Sequence record: OR670491
Source of the DNA: Escherichia phage vB_EcoM_JNE01
Strand: one strand, 5' to 3'
DNA: 64,000 nt
The notes under the pieces are model-generated. The model saw only the letters and a list, made by a program, of their open reading frames with translations. It ran no database searches and was not told the DNA's origin. Positions 1 through 9,957 of the stretch are shown in pieces (position 1 is the stretch's first letter; each line of letters begins with the position of its first letter). The position numbers and the translations under genes were made by a program.

Positions 1-20
1 AACATGGTAGTGTTGAGAAT

Positions 21-398
21 TTGGCTACAAAGATCATTGAAAGCCTTAAATTTGATGAATACCATAAGAGACTTGCACACAATGTTATTGGTGTTTCAAA
101 AAGAGCCACCATTCTATATTTTCCTCGTTTACAAGAATATAACTTAGAATCAAACACAGATGGAACATTCTTTCAGGTGTACCGAAAAGAAGGTGAAGAC
201 CGTGTAAGAATGTCATTACAACTTCCCGCCTCTTACACATACAGAGTTAATGATATTGAAGAGTCATGCAAGACTGAAGAAGAATTCTTTCAGGTTAGTT
301 TGTTTCATGACTTGATCTTTTCTTATGAGTTCTTTAAAGAAGTCGAGTACTTGTTTAACTTGGCTGCCGAAAAACTGAAAAAAGATATGGAAAATTGA
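21..398 (+). CDS. hypothetical protein (5' end uncertain)
   Basis: 125-aa track ORF starting at TTG; the frame stays open back to position 3, so the gene may begin upstream of the window. Confidence 0.35.
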   Translation: MATKIIESLKFDEYHKRLAHNVIGVSKRATILYFPRLQEYNLESNTDGTFFQVYRKEGEDRVRMSLQLPASYTYRVNDIEESCKTEEEFFQVSLFHDLIFSYEFFKEVEYLFNLAAEKLKKDMEN

Positions 399-399
399 G

Positions 400-807
400 A
401 TGTTTTGTCTAACTGATGATATAATTAAAGAAGTTGTAGATATACTGAATAACCCTGGTACATTCACTAAATCCACTGAGTTGATTACTGAATTTCGTGA
501 TGGGTGCTCTTATTACACAAACAATAACAGTACATGCGTGAGTCTTAACCTATCGGATGGGACTGGGGCGTTAATGCACCGTTACAGTACTCCGTTAGAT
601 GGTGTACAATTTTCTTTTTCATTGATTGATAAAGAGTACAGTCTATTCTGTGATGATTATGAGAGTCTCAATGACCTGTATCTTGATTCTAAAATGTACT
701 TCTCCGAAGAAGAACACTTCATGGATAGTACAGTTGAAAATCTAACAATTCCTTACACTATTATGGAAGAATTCAATACATTTTGCAGGAACTACGCAAA
801 TGCATGA
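400..807 (+). CDS. hypothetical protein
   Basis: 135-aa ORF; ATG overlaps the upstream stop (TGAGATG), suggesting translational coupling. Confidence 0.45.
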   Translation: MFCLTDDIIKEVVDILNNPGTFTKSTELITEFRDGCSYYTNNNSTCVSLNLSDGTGALMHRYSTPLDGVQFSFSLIDKEYSLFCDDYESLNDLYLDSKMYFSEEEHFMDSTVENLTIPYTIMEEFNTFCRNYANA

Positions 808-1267
808 CTTATATGAAGATATTAATGATGTTATTGATGTAGCATTATGGACTGTTTTCGAATACAGAACAGAAAACAAACACTGGTCTAATTGGTATAC
901 TAATGATAACCAAAAACTACTGCTAGGTCATGGTAATACCGTTGAGTGTCTTGCATTCACTCGTCATGGGGCAAGTGATGATATAAGGGATTGTTTTAAT
1001 ATACAAATATCACTACTTGGACAAGGTGTGTTGTATAAGATTGATGTTTATCATGATCGTTTATTTGTAGTGTCTGGTAGTGCTACCCGCATTGTATTAG
1101 GTTATGACATGAACCCAAGTGAAGCGGATTTGTTTATTGGTGATTTCGATAAAGACATTGATTGTGCAAGATACTTTCAATTAAGTACTTTGTATAGTTT
1201 ATGTAATATTAGTCATCGTGGATTAAAGAAGTTACAAAGTATTGCACGAAATTTAAATTCTGAATAA
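800..1267 (+). CDS. hypothetical protein
   Basis: 155-aa ORF, start overlaps the upstream gene end. Confidence 0.45.
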   Translation: MHDLYEDINDVIDVALWTVFEYRTENKHWSNWYTNDNQKLLLGHGNTVECLAFTRHGASDDIRDCFNIQISLLGQGVLYKIDVYHDRLFVVSGSATRIVLGYDMNPSEADLFIGDFDKDIDCARYFQLSTLYSLCNISHRGLKKLQSIARNLNSE

Positions 1268-1279
1268 CAGGAGAATATT

Positions 1280-1726
1280 ATGAGTTTTAATGGTAACATT
1301 GCAAAAGTACTTATTGTGTTTGAAAACTGTGAGTCCTTTTATGTTGAACAAAAAGACATTCTATGGATGCACATTGGTGATATTAAAACTAAAGTGTTTC
1401 GCTATTCTAATGTACTTAGTATCGAAAATGTAGCTGGACAGTTTGGAATTGCACTACGCAAAGAAATTGAAACCGAATTTTGGGGAAATCAAACATTACT
1501 TAATCGTTTGGATATGCGTGATGTTACGAACATTACTCTATATGACGTTAACAATGAGAGCGTCTCTTATGTTGTTGAGTGGGCTGATTATAGCGATCAA
1601 CAAACGTCAATCAATCAACGTACTTTCGTGACACCCGATGGCAATGTTGTATTCGTCAGTACTACATCTGCTTTAGTGGATGTTGATGTTGAACGTATTG
1701 ATTTCAACGCTCAGTACATGTCTTGA
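1280..1726 (+). CDS. hypothetical protein
   Basis: 148-aa ORF with AGGAG about 7 nt upstream of ATG. Confidence 0.5.
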   Translation: MSFNGNIAKVLIVFENCESFYVEQKDILWMHIGDIKTKVFRYSNVLSIENVAGQFGIALRKEIETEFWGNQTLLNRLDMRDVTNITLYDVNNESVSYVVEWADYSDQQTSINQRTFVTPDGNVVFVSTTSALVDVDVERIDFNAQYMS

Positions 1727-1759
1727 CAACAGTATGTGCACGCTGTATAATGTGCACAT
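1723..1759 (+). promoter_or_regulatory. sigma70-type promoter with a palindrome bracketing the -10
   Basis: TTGACA (1723-1728), 17-nt spacer, TATAAT (1746-1751); perfect inverted repeat ATGTGCAC (1734-1741) / GTGCACAT (1752-1759) flanks the -10. Confidence 0.5.
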
Positions 1760-1782
1760 ATTAACTTAATGGGTATTTAAAA

Positions 1783-2211
1783 ATGAGTACAGTAAAAATC
1801 AATGTACACTTTCTTGATTCATGGAAAGATGTTTGTACTGGTGTTAGTGAAGTAGAATACAGTACTGAAACTATCCACGCGGAAGATAAATGGCAAGCTG
1901 AATCACAGTTAGAAAAACTAAAAGAAACAGTAGGAACATCAGTTTCTGCTGGAACTGAGCATACACGTAAAATCATTGGTATTGATGAAATTGCACAGGT
2001 TCAGGTATTCTTGACGAACGAACAAATGATGAAGTTCATTCTTGACAACAATGTGGAACTTGCATTGGATGGTTCAGTATGGCAGAAAACTGACGGTACA
2101 AAAGTACGAGTGAAGTACCGTGTTACCATCAATGGAACTGCTATGTGTGGCATGGATTTGGAAGATGCAATCAATTACTACGTAAACAACATAAGAGGAA
2201 AAAAATGCTAA
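1783..2211 (+). CDS. hypothetical protein
   Basis: 142-aa ORF about 30 nt downstream of the promoter -10. Confidence 0.5.
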   Translation: MSTVKINVHFLDSWKDVCTGVSEVEYSTETIHAEDKWQAESQLEKLKETVGTSVSAGTEHTRKIIGIDEIAQVQVFLTNEQMMKFILDNNVELALDGSVWQKTDGTKVRVKYRVTINGTAMCGMDLEDAINYYVNNIRGKKC

Positions 2212-2567
2212 CAGTTATATTGTGTACCTTGATGTGTTGTGTTACAATTATCATATGCCGATTGATCAATAACGCCTCTTTGGAAAAAGCATTTGAGCAT
2301 GAGAGAAATCTTAAAGAGTTGGAGAACCCATCACCAATTAAGAAACAAAAGTCTCCATATTCATTACGTAGGGTGTTGCATTCCAAATCAAAAAAATGGG
2401 GATATTGTCTTTTGGAGGGTGGTGGCATCTACACATCAGTTGATGGATACTACGAAGTGAATTATGATATCAAAGAAGCAATTGAGCTTTTGTGGACTAT
2501 GGAGGATTTAGGTAATTATGAGCGTACTAAGTTTGAATTCTTACAAGATGATCCAGGAACTTCATGA
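2205..2567 (+). CDS. hypothetical membrane-anchored protein
   Basis: Internal ATG of track ORF 2145 (frame +60) preceded by AGAGGA; hydrophobic N-terminus MLTVILCTLMCCVTIIIC. Confidence 0.45.
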   Translation: MLTVILCTLMCCVTIIICRLINNASLEKAFEHERNLKELENPSPIKKQKSPYSLRRVLHSKSKKWGYCLLEGGGIYTSVDGYYEVNYDIKEAIELLWTMEDLGNYERTKFEFLQDDPGTS

Positions 2568-2718
2568 AAAACATGCTATAATTGTAGATGTAGAAAAGCA
2601 GGAAGTTGTGATGAAGAAGAAAGCCTATCAGATTCTGGATAACTTCCGCTCTAAAGCATTCATCATGAAGTTGTGTGCTGACGAGCATTTAGTAGGAAGA
2701 TTTTTATACAAGGAGTAA
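2548..2718 (+). CDS. hypothetical small protein
   Basis: Internal ATG of track ORF 2518; start choice uncertain. Confidence 0.3.
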   Translation: MIQELHEKHAIIVDVEKQEVVMKKKAYQILDNFRSKAFIMKLCADEHLVGRFLYKE

Positions 2719-2724
2719 CACAAC

Positions 2725-3066
2725 ATGAACATGAGTAAAACTATTCAGTACTTGAGTTCAAATTTCAGCAAAATTATCACCAGAGGTGGAATGATTGTCC
2801 ACCCTGAAACTGATGAAATGTATATTGTCCGTTTCGATGCAAGTTCTTATGATCAAGTACTTGTGGTTTCTAAGATGGTAGGGTATAATGAAGTTATTCA
2901 ATTCTGTTGTACAGAATTTGGAATCTACATTAAAGATTCGGATACTAACACAATTTCACATTATTTTTATCACACGTTGATGGGTACTAAAGACTTTGGT
3001 CTTAAATTCGATGATTTAGTACAATGTCACTATATGTTCAAAACCTACCCAGCATCTGGGAACTAA
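2725..3066 (+). CDS. hypothetical protein
   Basis: 113-aa ORF with AGGAG upstream. Confidence 0.5.
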   Translation: MNMSKTIQYLSSNFSKIITRGGMIVHPETDEMYIVRFDASSYDQVLVVSKMVGYNEVIQFCCTEFGIYIKDSDTNTISHYFYHTLMGTKDFGLKFDDLVQCHYMFKTYPASGN

Positions 3067-3078
3067 GGAGTTACAAAT

Positions 3079-3927
3079 ATGTCTAACATTTTCTTCAAAT
3101 CCGTTTCTTTCAATAAAGCTGCTTACTCTTACTCTTATGTAGAAGGACGAGTACTGAACATTGTTGTTGATGGTGTACCACTATCTGTCCATTTTCAATC
3201 AAACGCTGAAGCCATTGACGGACTAAAAGAACTTACTGACCTTTTGAATGGCGAACGTGCGACCAATCAAGACACAGTGAAAACAAATCCACTTGACGAC
3301 CTCGTTAACAAAATGAAAAGTGGTAAAGTACTGAATATCTTGAACGAATGTAATGAAAAACTAAGCGGTGTTCTGGAACGTACAAAAGACACTGTAAGTG
3401 ATAAAGTAAGTGACGCAGCTTACCGTCACATTACCAGTGCAATTGAAGAACGTGCACGTCAACTATTCACTGACGTTGAAGACCGTCTTAAAGATTTAAA
3501 AGATAATCTACCTGATATTGAAGACGTTCTTAACCAGGCATTTAGCACTGAAGAACAACCAAAACAAGAACAAGAACAACCTAAACCAAAACCAACTGTT
3601 AAGACTAAACGTAGCTTCGGTACAGTTGAAGATGTATTTGGTTTTGAAGTAACTTCAACTAAAGAAGTTAAGAAAGAAGCAGTGGATACTTCTGAAGTTC
3701 TAATTGGTGATATGCGTCCATCTGAACTACGTGCAGCAATCGATGTATTTGTAAATGATATTACCAGTACTGAACGTGCACAATCCATGTTCAATAGTAT
3801 CATTTCTAACTTCGATAAAGAAACTGCCGATGAAGCGATGCAAGCATTCAAAGAACTAATCTACAATGTTGCAATCCAACATGAAGATAAAACACTAGAA
3901 CAAGTTCTACGTGAAAACTTCCAATAA
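3079..3927 (+). CDS. hypothetical acidic protein
   Basis: 282-aa ORF with AGGAG upstream, followed by a terminator. Confidence 0.5.
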   Translation: MSNIFFKSVSFNKAAYSYSYVEGRVLNIVVDGVPLSVHFQSNAEAIDGLKELTDLLNGERATNQDTVKTNPLDDLVNKMKSGKVLNILNECNEKLSGVLERTKDTVSDKVSDAAYRHITSAIEERARQLFTDVEDRLKDLKDNLPDIEDVLNQAFSTEEQPKQEQEQPKPKPTVKTKRSFGTVEDVFGFEVTSTKEVKKEAVDTSEVLIGDMRPSELRAAIDVFVNDITSTERAQSMFNSIISNFDKETADEAMQAFKELIYNVAIQHEDKTLEQVLRENFQ

Positions 3928-3935
3928 TTGAAAAA

Positions 3936-3964
3936 GAAAAAGCCTCCATATGGAGGCTTTTTTA
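3936..3964. terminator. bidirectional rho-independent terminator
   Basis: Perfect palindrome AGCCTCCATATGGAGGCT (3941-3958) flanked by an A-run and a T-run, between convergent genes. Confidence 0.65.
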
Positions 3965-5122
3965 TTATGCAGTATAACCAACAATGACGATGGATGAATC
4001 AAACGGCTCTACAGATCGTACTGTAACGTTGTCATCAGCATCTAGTTCAATCTCACATAGTACTGTATGATTCATATCATCATATACTTGTACTTGTGGA
4101 TATAACTTACCATGTGTTGCTTTAGGTATACTTAGTGTATACATCATTTCAGAATCAACTACCCAATCACTTGAAAGTATTTCATCGAAGTAAGGTGTAG
4201 TCTGGATTGTTTTACCAATTACGCTCAAAGAGATTGGTTCATTATCACTTTGATATACAGTGATATTACCACTTGCATCTACATTGATATCAACACCAAT
4301 GAGAAAATCATTTGCGTTGTAAGCTTGTAGTACTAGATGATCGCCACGGTCATGCACGACTTCAGGTAGGACCGCTTTATATAGCCCATCACTTACGAAA
4401 TCAAACTGTGCCAGTGCGATGTTCGTCACAAATCCAATATCCTCACCTGATTCCAACACGTCAAACTCAACTGTTTTAGTATTGTATATATCGGAAGTAA
4501 GTATTACAGTTCCCTTACCTTGTTGTGTAATAGCATCAACAGGAATGCTAAACACGTCATCGATAATTTCAGTAGTAAAGTATTCAGTACCGTCAGGTAG
4601 GATTACTGTGATTTTCATACCAGTAGTATCAATCACTTCACCTGCGTTAAACAAGCGACCACCAACCAAATCGTCACCAACAAACACTGGGAACATAATG
4701 ATGTTATCAATGTCATGGTCTACAATCCCACATTCAGGGACGTACATATCATATAGAGTGGTTGAGCTACCTAGAATTGTTTTATGTAAGAGGAACTTAT
4801 AAACGAACCCGTTTGGATCAGTACTAAGATTTTGTTCAGTATGGCCTCGAATGAAGAAAGAGTTTTTCTTAATTTCACTGAGTAGTTGATCATTGGTTTT
4901 ATTGTAGTTAAGCTGATACCCATTCGTATCAGTTGTTGTTAGTTGTACTTTGCGATAGATAACGTTAGTTTTTGGATCTAGAATATCGTATAGTCTGTGG
5001 CTTCGTTGACGATAGATTCTCATGTTCTTGAGCTTCGTACCATCTTGTAAATACACACCATCAACAATATACCCACATTCACCAAACTTATAACGTCCAG
5101 CAGCAGCAATTGACCTTGACAT
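3965..5122 (-). CDS. hypothetical protein
   Basis: Long minus-strand ORF; start placed at the Met preceded by GGAGGGAG (residue 21 of track ORF 3965..5182). Confidence 0.5.
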   Translation of the reverse strand: MSRSIAAAGRYKFGECGYIVDGVYLQDGTKLKNMRIYRQRSHRLYDILDPKTNVIYRKVQLTTTDTNGYQLNYNKTNDQLLSEIKKNSFFIRGHTEQNLSTDPNGFVYKFLLHKTILGSSTTLYDMYVPECGIVDHDIDNIIMFPVFVGDDLVGGRLFNAGEVIDTTGMKITVILPDGTEYFTTEIIDDVFSIPVDAITQQGKGTVILTSDIYNTKTVEFDVLESGEDIGFVTNIALAQFDFVSDGLYKAVLPEVVHDRGDHLVLQAYNANDFLIGVDINVDASGNITVYQSDNEPISLSVIGKTIQTTPYFDEILSSDWVVDSEMMYTLSIPKATHGKLYPQVQVYDDMNHTVLCEIELDADDNVTVRSVEPFDSSIVIVGYTA

Positions 5123-5238
5123 TACTCCCTCCATTGGTATAATAATTATAACGTATTTATTCCAGTTCATAAAAAATAGCACTTGACCACTAGTGATATT
5201 TGTTGTATTATTACGTGGAATATTGATAAGGGGATACC

Positions 5239-5823
5239 ATGAGTGTTTTAGAAAAACGTCTAGTAATCAGAGACAACAAAATGATTGTTAAGCTAAACAA
5301 AGATGAGGCTGATTCTTTTCTGGCTAAGGCCATTGAGAAATCAGAGAGATACAAAGTACTAGCACCGGATAACAAATCTCCATATGGTTTTAACCACATA
5401 CATGGTCACTTTGTTGGTATGGTATGTGAGCACGCGTCATTCGTTCTTTTTAATGAAATCGAAAATTCAACGGGTATTAAACTCAACATTGACCCTGCAT
5501 TCCAAAGTGATGGTCGTGATGGTGAATGTGATATTCTTGTTAACAACCTACGTATTGAAGTAAAAGGTATTAAGTACAAATCATGGAAAGACTTCGGTCC
5601 ATGTGTTAGTACTCGACAATTGAAAAATATTCAGAAAAAAGCTGACGTGGTTCTATGGGTATTGTATAATGAGAAAAAGCAGGAGTTCTCATTTGAAGGA
5701 TTCAACTACGTCAAGGACATTAGTTCAGTACCAGTAGTATTGACAGGTGTACCAGGCCGTGTTATGATTGAGAACCATCCAGTACTAAGTATCATTAAAC
5801 CATTACAGGAGCTACCACTATGA
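5239..5823 (+). CDS. hypothetical protein
   Basis: 194-aa ORF with purine-rich RBS. Confidence 0.5.
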   Translation: MSVLEKRLVIRDNKMIVKLNKDEADSFLAKAIEKSERYKVLAPDNKSPYGFNHIHGHFVGMVCEHASFVLFNEIENSTGIKLNIDPAFQSDGRDGECDILVNNLRIEVKGIKYKSWKDFGPCVSTRQLKNIQKKADVVLWVLYNEKKQEFSFEGFNYVKDISSVPVVLTGVPGRVMIENHPVLSIIKPLQELPL

Positions 5824-6050
5824 TTTGTGCAAACGTTTTTCAGGATACTGGTGACGAGTACAATACTAAACTTGGGTTTTTATCTTTCCCTGTTCTACCA
5901 CCCATCGGTGCAACATTAAATCTCACGATTAACGGACATGAAACTTATTTTAAAGTCATTGATATTGAGTACTGTGCTAAGTTGTACGAACGTATTCACG
6001 AATTGGCAATTCCAGTAGATATTGATATCATCGTTAAAGAGGATATTTAA
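5820..6050 (+). CDS. hypothetical protein
   Basis: 76-aa ORF, ATGA overlap with the upstream stop. Confidence 0.4.
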   Translation: MICANVFQDTGDEYNTKLGFLSFPVLPPIGATLNLTINGHETYFKVIDIEYCAKLYERIHELAIPVDIDIIVKEDI

Positions 6051-6560
6051 ATGTTTAAAAACTTTCTAGCTATTGCAGCAGTTGTTTTTCTGGTGAGTGC
6101 AGTTAGCAATCCTGTTTATGCTTCAGTTACTGAAGACACTACACCTACGCAGAAGATTAAAACTATCGGCACTGGAAAACAGCCACCTAAACGCAGTGCT
6201 GACGAGTATATCCCTGAGATGAGGGAGAACGCCAGACAGACTCGTGCTTTGCGTCAGAGCCGTGAAGATGCGTTATTCAGCCCTGAACAGCAACGTCTTC
6301 GTAAAAGCAAAGGTCATAAGTGGGATGTAGTGAAATCCCCATCATTCTGTGCTGGATATGCAAAAGTGAAGATGGAACAACACAACAACCAGTACTACCA
6401 GGATATGATTACATTCTATGATGCACGTATCTCGGATACAGATATGATGTCGGGAACTGTAGATCGTGAAAAGTTCCTTGCTGGCTATGACATGATTGAT
6501 GATAACAAAATCATGGAATGTGTTGAAGTATATGAGAAGTACAGAGGATTTGACGAATGA
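6051..6560 (+). CDS. hypothetical secreted protein
   Basis: N-terminal signal-peptide-like segment MFKNFLAIAAVVFLVSAVSNPVYA. Confidence 0.5.
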   Translation: MFKNFLAIAAVVFLVSAVSNPVYASVTEDTTPTQKIKTIGTGKQPPKRSADEYIPEMRENARQTRALRQSREDALFSPEQQRLRKSKGHKWDVVKSPSFCAGYAKVKMEQHNNQYYQDMITFYDARISDTDMMSGTVDREKFLAGYDMIDDNKIMECVEVYEKYRGFDE

Positions 6561-7021
6561 TTTATCTCGTATTACTTTTTTCACCTTTAATATTCTTTGT
6601 TGTGTACAATATTATTATTGACACACGAAACTTCAAGTACACAGTAATTATCTGTAAGAACGAGGGATGGTCTAACTTCCTTAGAGTTCTCTGGGAATCT
6701 TACTTCATTGATAAAAGATTCGTGAGGTGTCCTGAATTTGATAAGTGGGAGTATAGTAACGCTAAACTATCATCTATTGAGTACATACTTAGACATTACT
6801 TGAGTTCAACTAAAGGTGTTACATTCGAGAAAGCATACCCTTATGATAGGTCGTATGTAAAATATCGTTTGGAATATCAAGATAAACTTGTTAAACTAGA
6901 GATGTACCACAAGGGTGTGTTTTGCTATGTATTTGACTATCTGGTGATCCCACCTTACCATGCACGATTGATTGAAGCAGCAATTAAAAAGAATGATAAA
7001 AATATTCTTGACATACTTTAA
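6557..7021 (+). CDS. hypothetical protein
   Basis: 154-aa ORF, ATGA overlap. Confidence 0.45.
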   Translation: MIYLVLLFSPLIFFVVYNIIIDTRNFKYTVIICKNEGWSNFLRVLWESYFIDKRFVRCPEFDKWEYSNAKLSSIEYILRHYLSSTKGVTFEKAYPYDRSYVKYRLEYQDKLVKLEMYHKGVFCYVFDYLVIPPYHARLIEAAIKKNDKNILDIL

Positions 7022-7069
7022 ATAACCCAGTATACTAATCTCATAACGTAATCACTAGAGGATATAAAG

Positions 7070-7558
7070 ATGGACGTATTAGCTACCCAATTCAAACGTA
7101 ATGCAGAACTTCGTGAAGGTTACATGAGTATTAGTGAAGTTGTTGAGAACAATTTTAAACAATACATCTTTAACTCGGCTATCAAGATTAAGCCTACTAA
7201 AGAATCACCAGACCGTAGCTTTACCAAATGGATCGCTTACTGGGAAGAATCCCCGATTGCAATCGAGATGACTGTAATTACTACAGTACTGGAAACTGGT
7301 TACGTTAAGGCAACCATCGTTGATAAGAAAGTGCGTACCTTAGAAGAAGTGGGTGAGTATCCTGCACGTAACTCTAAAGTATTTGGCTATCTGGTTGATT
7401 CTAAGTTTAAACTAGAAAAAGATGTCCGTGCATATGTGATGGATAAAGTACAGCAACTTTCTGACACACAACAACAATCACCTGCACCTGTTTCAAAAAG
7501 CGAAGCTGTGGACCAAGCAGCGATTGAACAAATCAAAAAGGCATGGGGTCTGAAATAA
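7070..7558 (+). CDS. hypothetical protein
   Basis: 162-aa ORF, AGAGGA upstream. Confidence 0.5.
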   Translation: MDVLATQFKRNAELREGYMSISEVVENNFKQYIFNSAIKIKPTKESPDRSFTKWIAYWEESPIAIEMTVITTVLETGYVKATIVDKKVRTLEEVGEYPARNSKVFGYLVDSKFKLEKDVRAYVMDKVQQLSDTQQQSPAPVSKSEAVDQAAIEQIKKAWGLK

Positions 7559-7968
7559 TGTTCAGTTCACAAAACATTAAGTACATCTTCTTGTTTGGTA
7601 TTCTGTCATGGGTTATTCTTCCAGTACTAGATGTACTGGGAGTACCATCCGATAATAAAATTAATGAAATTTTCGGTTTATCATCTGCGTTTTTTGCTTT
7701 CGGTGTATTAGGTCTTGGTATATATATGGTTTTTGAGGGTTATGGTGATAAAGATGACCGACGCAGATTTTTCATGTTCATGTTTGGTAAGATGCATTAT
7801 AATTTCATCTTTACATTTAGTCTGATTCCGTGTATCATATATGCAGTGTGTTATGAATACTACGACTACGCAGGTTGGGGTCTTGAAGTGTTCTTGATTT
7901 TAGAATACATCAGGACTAAACAAAATGAATATGCATATTTGTATGCTATGATGAAAGTGAAGGAATGA
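7558..7968 (+). CDS. hypothetical membrane protein
   Basis: ATG overlapping the upstream stop; several hydrophobic segments. Confidence 0.45.
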   Translation: MFSSQNIKYIFLFGILSWVILPVLDVLGVPSDNKINEIFGLSSAFFAFGVLGLGIYMVFEGYGDKDDRRRFFMFMFGKMHYNFIFTFSLIPCIIYAVCYEYYDYAGWGLEVFLILEYIRTKQNEYAYLYAMMKVKE

Positions 7969-7972
7969 TAAA

Positions 7973-8416
7973 ATGTATTCAAAAAATAAAACATTGTTTA
8001 TTGTTTATATTATTATTATCATTGATGCAATTAGTAATTACCTCACACTCAATAACATTGAAACATTTATCAATCCGATATGGTTCTGTATAAATCTTGG
8101 AGCACTTGCAGTATTCTCAGCGATTGCATTACTGGGATTGATTGCAGTGTATCTGATTGGTTTGAACGAAAATGACAGAGTTGATTTTGTTAAGGAATAC
8201 GGAACGAAATCATTATCAAAATTCGTTTGGGTTCTTCCATTATGTTTGCTTATAGTGTATGATGTTCAAATGCATTTATATGAATCAGCCGTAATTTTAA
8301 CACCTATCATGCTTATATATAACGCTTTCGTTAATGAGCACAGGTTAGCCATTAAAGAACACTTCATACGAATGGCTAAGATGGGAACCACTCAATTGAA
8401 TGAACAAGAGGATTGA
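7973..8416 (+). CDS. hypothetical membrane protein
   Basis: 147-aa ORF with hydrophobic segments, AAGGAA upstream. Confidence 0.45.
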   Translation: MYSKNKTLFIVYIIIIIDAISNYLTLNNIETFINPIWFCINLGALAVFSAIALLGLIAVYLIGLNENDRVDFVKEYGTKSLSKFVWVLPLCLLIVYDVQMHLYESAVILTPIMLIYNAFVNEHRLAIKEHFIRMAKMGTTQLNEQED

Positions 8417-8420
8417 ACTA

Positions 8421-8672
8421 ATGAACGTTGAACGTGTCCAAGAATTAGCAGCAGCATTACAGGCGAACGAAAACCAATGTCAAGAACTGCGTGATACTAT
8501 TAAAGTCGAGTACGCACGCTTACAGGGTCTTCTCCAGGAATCTAACTGGGTAGTAACCAAAGGTATCGAAGCAATCTATAAAGATATTGAATCCCTTTTC
8601 AACAAGAAGTCTAAGTTTGAATCCGATTCTTACAACAAACGTAAAGAACTAAATTCAGTACTGGGTGTCTAA
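8421..8672 (+). CDS. hypothetical protein
   Basis: Internal ATG (frame +21) of track ORF 8400. Confidence 0.4.
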   Translation: MNVERVQELAAALQANENQCQELRDTIKVEYARLQGLLQESNWVVTKGIEAIYKDIESLFNKKSKFESDSYNKRKELNSVLGV

Positions 8673-8750
8673 AAAAAAAAGTACTTGACCAATTGAATAT
8701 CATGGAGTACATTGTGCTCCTACTTTAATGAAAAGCCAAAAGGAAATAAA

Positions 8751-9011
8751 ATGAAATCTATTCTCGTTGCAGTTAACCTGGTTGCTTCCCCATCTTTCAA
8801 CTTCAAAAAAGTTGTTGCTGACAATCTGAAGAACATCTGCCCTAATGCTGAATTGACTTTCTGTGTATTCGATTCCGAGAAACTAACAACTGTTGATCTA
8901 AACTATCTCTTGAACGATGTACAAAGTATTTCTGGTGAAAGTAACTTCAATGTAGTTCAGGAAGTTGCAGACGAGTATGATGATACTTTGGTTATTTCGG
9001 AGAATTTCTAA
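8751..9011 (+). CDS. hypothetical protein
   Basis: Internal ATG (frame +39) of track ORF 8712, AAAGGA upstream. Confidence 0.45.
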   Translation: MKSILVAVNLVASPSFNFKKVVADNLKNICPNAELTFCVFDSEKLTTVDLNYLLNDVQSISGESNFNVVQEVADEYDDTLVISENF

Positions 9012-9016
9012 ATCCA

Positions 9017-9436
9017 ATGCGAAGAATCATACAGTACTTAATCAGGAAATTATTTCGTTATGAAACGATAGAATATAAAGCTAATCTTGCATACCAAATT
9101 TACATAGCATTGTGTACTGGTGATTACGCTGTGTTGAATAAGTACTGTGCTTCTAAAGCAACTATTGATATAATGGCACTTCGTCTGTACGAGTGCCAGT
9201 TCTTTAGATACAATCATTATCAGTACAGATATGATGAAAAAGATTTCAATAGCATTGATATGCTAACGAAATTATGTAATAATAAAAAGAATATTCACAT
9301 ATCAGAATTCACCGCATTGTATTTTTATCTCAAGAGTTCATTATATATTAACTCTATGAAGAGATTCGATACTCGTGTTAATGCATTTGAAGGTAAAGAA
9401 TATGAGATATATGATAAATTTTTAGATAAGGTGTAA
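9017..9436 (+). CDS. hypothetical protein
   Basis: 139-aa ORF. Confidence 0.4.
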   Translation: MRRIIQYLIRKLFRYETIEYKANLAYQIYIALCTGDYAVLNKYCASKATIDIMALRLYECQFFRYNHYQYRYDEKDFNSIDMLTKLCNNKKNIHISEFTALYFYLKSSLYINSMKRFDTRVNAFEGKEYEIYDKFLDKV

Positions 9437-9437
9437 T

Positions 9438-9935
9438 ATGACTACTGTTTATATTGATAAGCGTTTAGGCGTATTAATGACTGATTCAAGGGTGACAAGT
9501 ACTCGCCCACGAATTTTTTTGGGTATCTTCCCATTAAAAGAAAAAAACCACTACGGTGTTGTTTCACAGAAAACCTTGTATGTTCATGACCGTCTCTTCA
9601 GTGCAGCAGGATCAGTTTCTGAAATTGACAAAGTACTGAATTATTTAATTACTGGTGAAAAGGTAATTCCTTCCAAAAAGCTATCGTGCCATTGTGTGTT
9701 GTTATCTAAGGACTATTGTATTCATTTTGTCCTAGTAGACGGTAAGTTCGTTAAGAAGTTAGTTTTTCTACACAAGGACTACACGTTTTTTATGGGTAGT
9801 GGTGGTGAATATATGATTGACGCAGCTTGTCATGAGGACTATAGTACTCTCCAAGCTAAAGTACTGGATACTTTTATGAAAGTAAAAAATCATGATTGTT
9901 TCAGTGATGATAATATTAATGTATATCGTTTTTGA
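9438..9935 (+). CDS. hypothetical protein
   Basis: 165-aa ORF. Confidence 0.45.
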   Translation: MTTVYIDKRLGVLMTDSRVTSTRPRIFLGIFPLKEKNHYGVVSQKTLYVHDRLFSAAGSVSEIDKVLNYLITGEKVIPSKKLSCHCVLLSKDYCIHFVLVDGKFVKKLVFLHKDYTFFMGSGGEYMIDAACHEDYSTLQAKVLDTFMKVKNHDCFSDDNINVYRF

Positions 9936-9957
9936 TTTTTTTCATTAGGAGCCGTAA

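Noticed and set aside
3459-3851. Minus-strand ORF overlapping the 3079-3927 gene, and similar antisense ORFs (e.g. 264-476, 2171-2428, 22814-23089, 23236-23559, 33178-33623, 59507-59891)
   Set aside because: They lie fully inside better-supported plus-strand genes and lack start context.
5239-5823. Possible PD-(D/E)xK nuclease (D-x8-E-V-K) in the 194-aa ORF
   Set aside because: A single short motif match with unusual spacing and no supporting context; left hypothetical.
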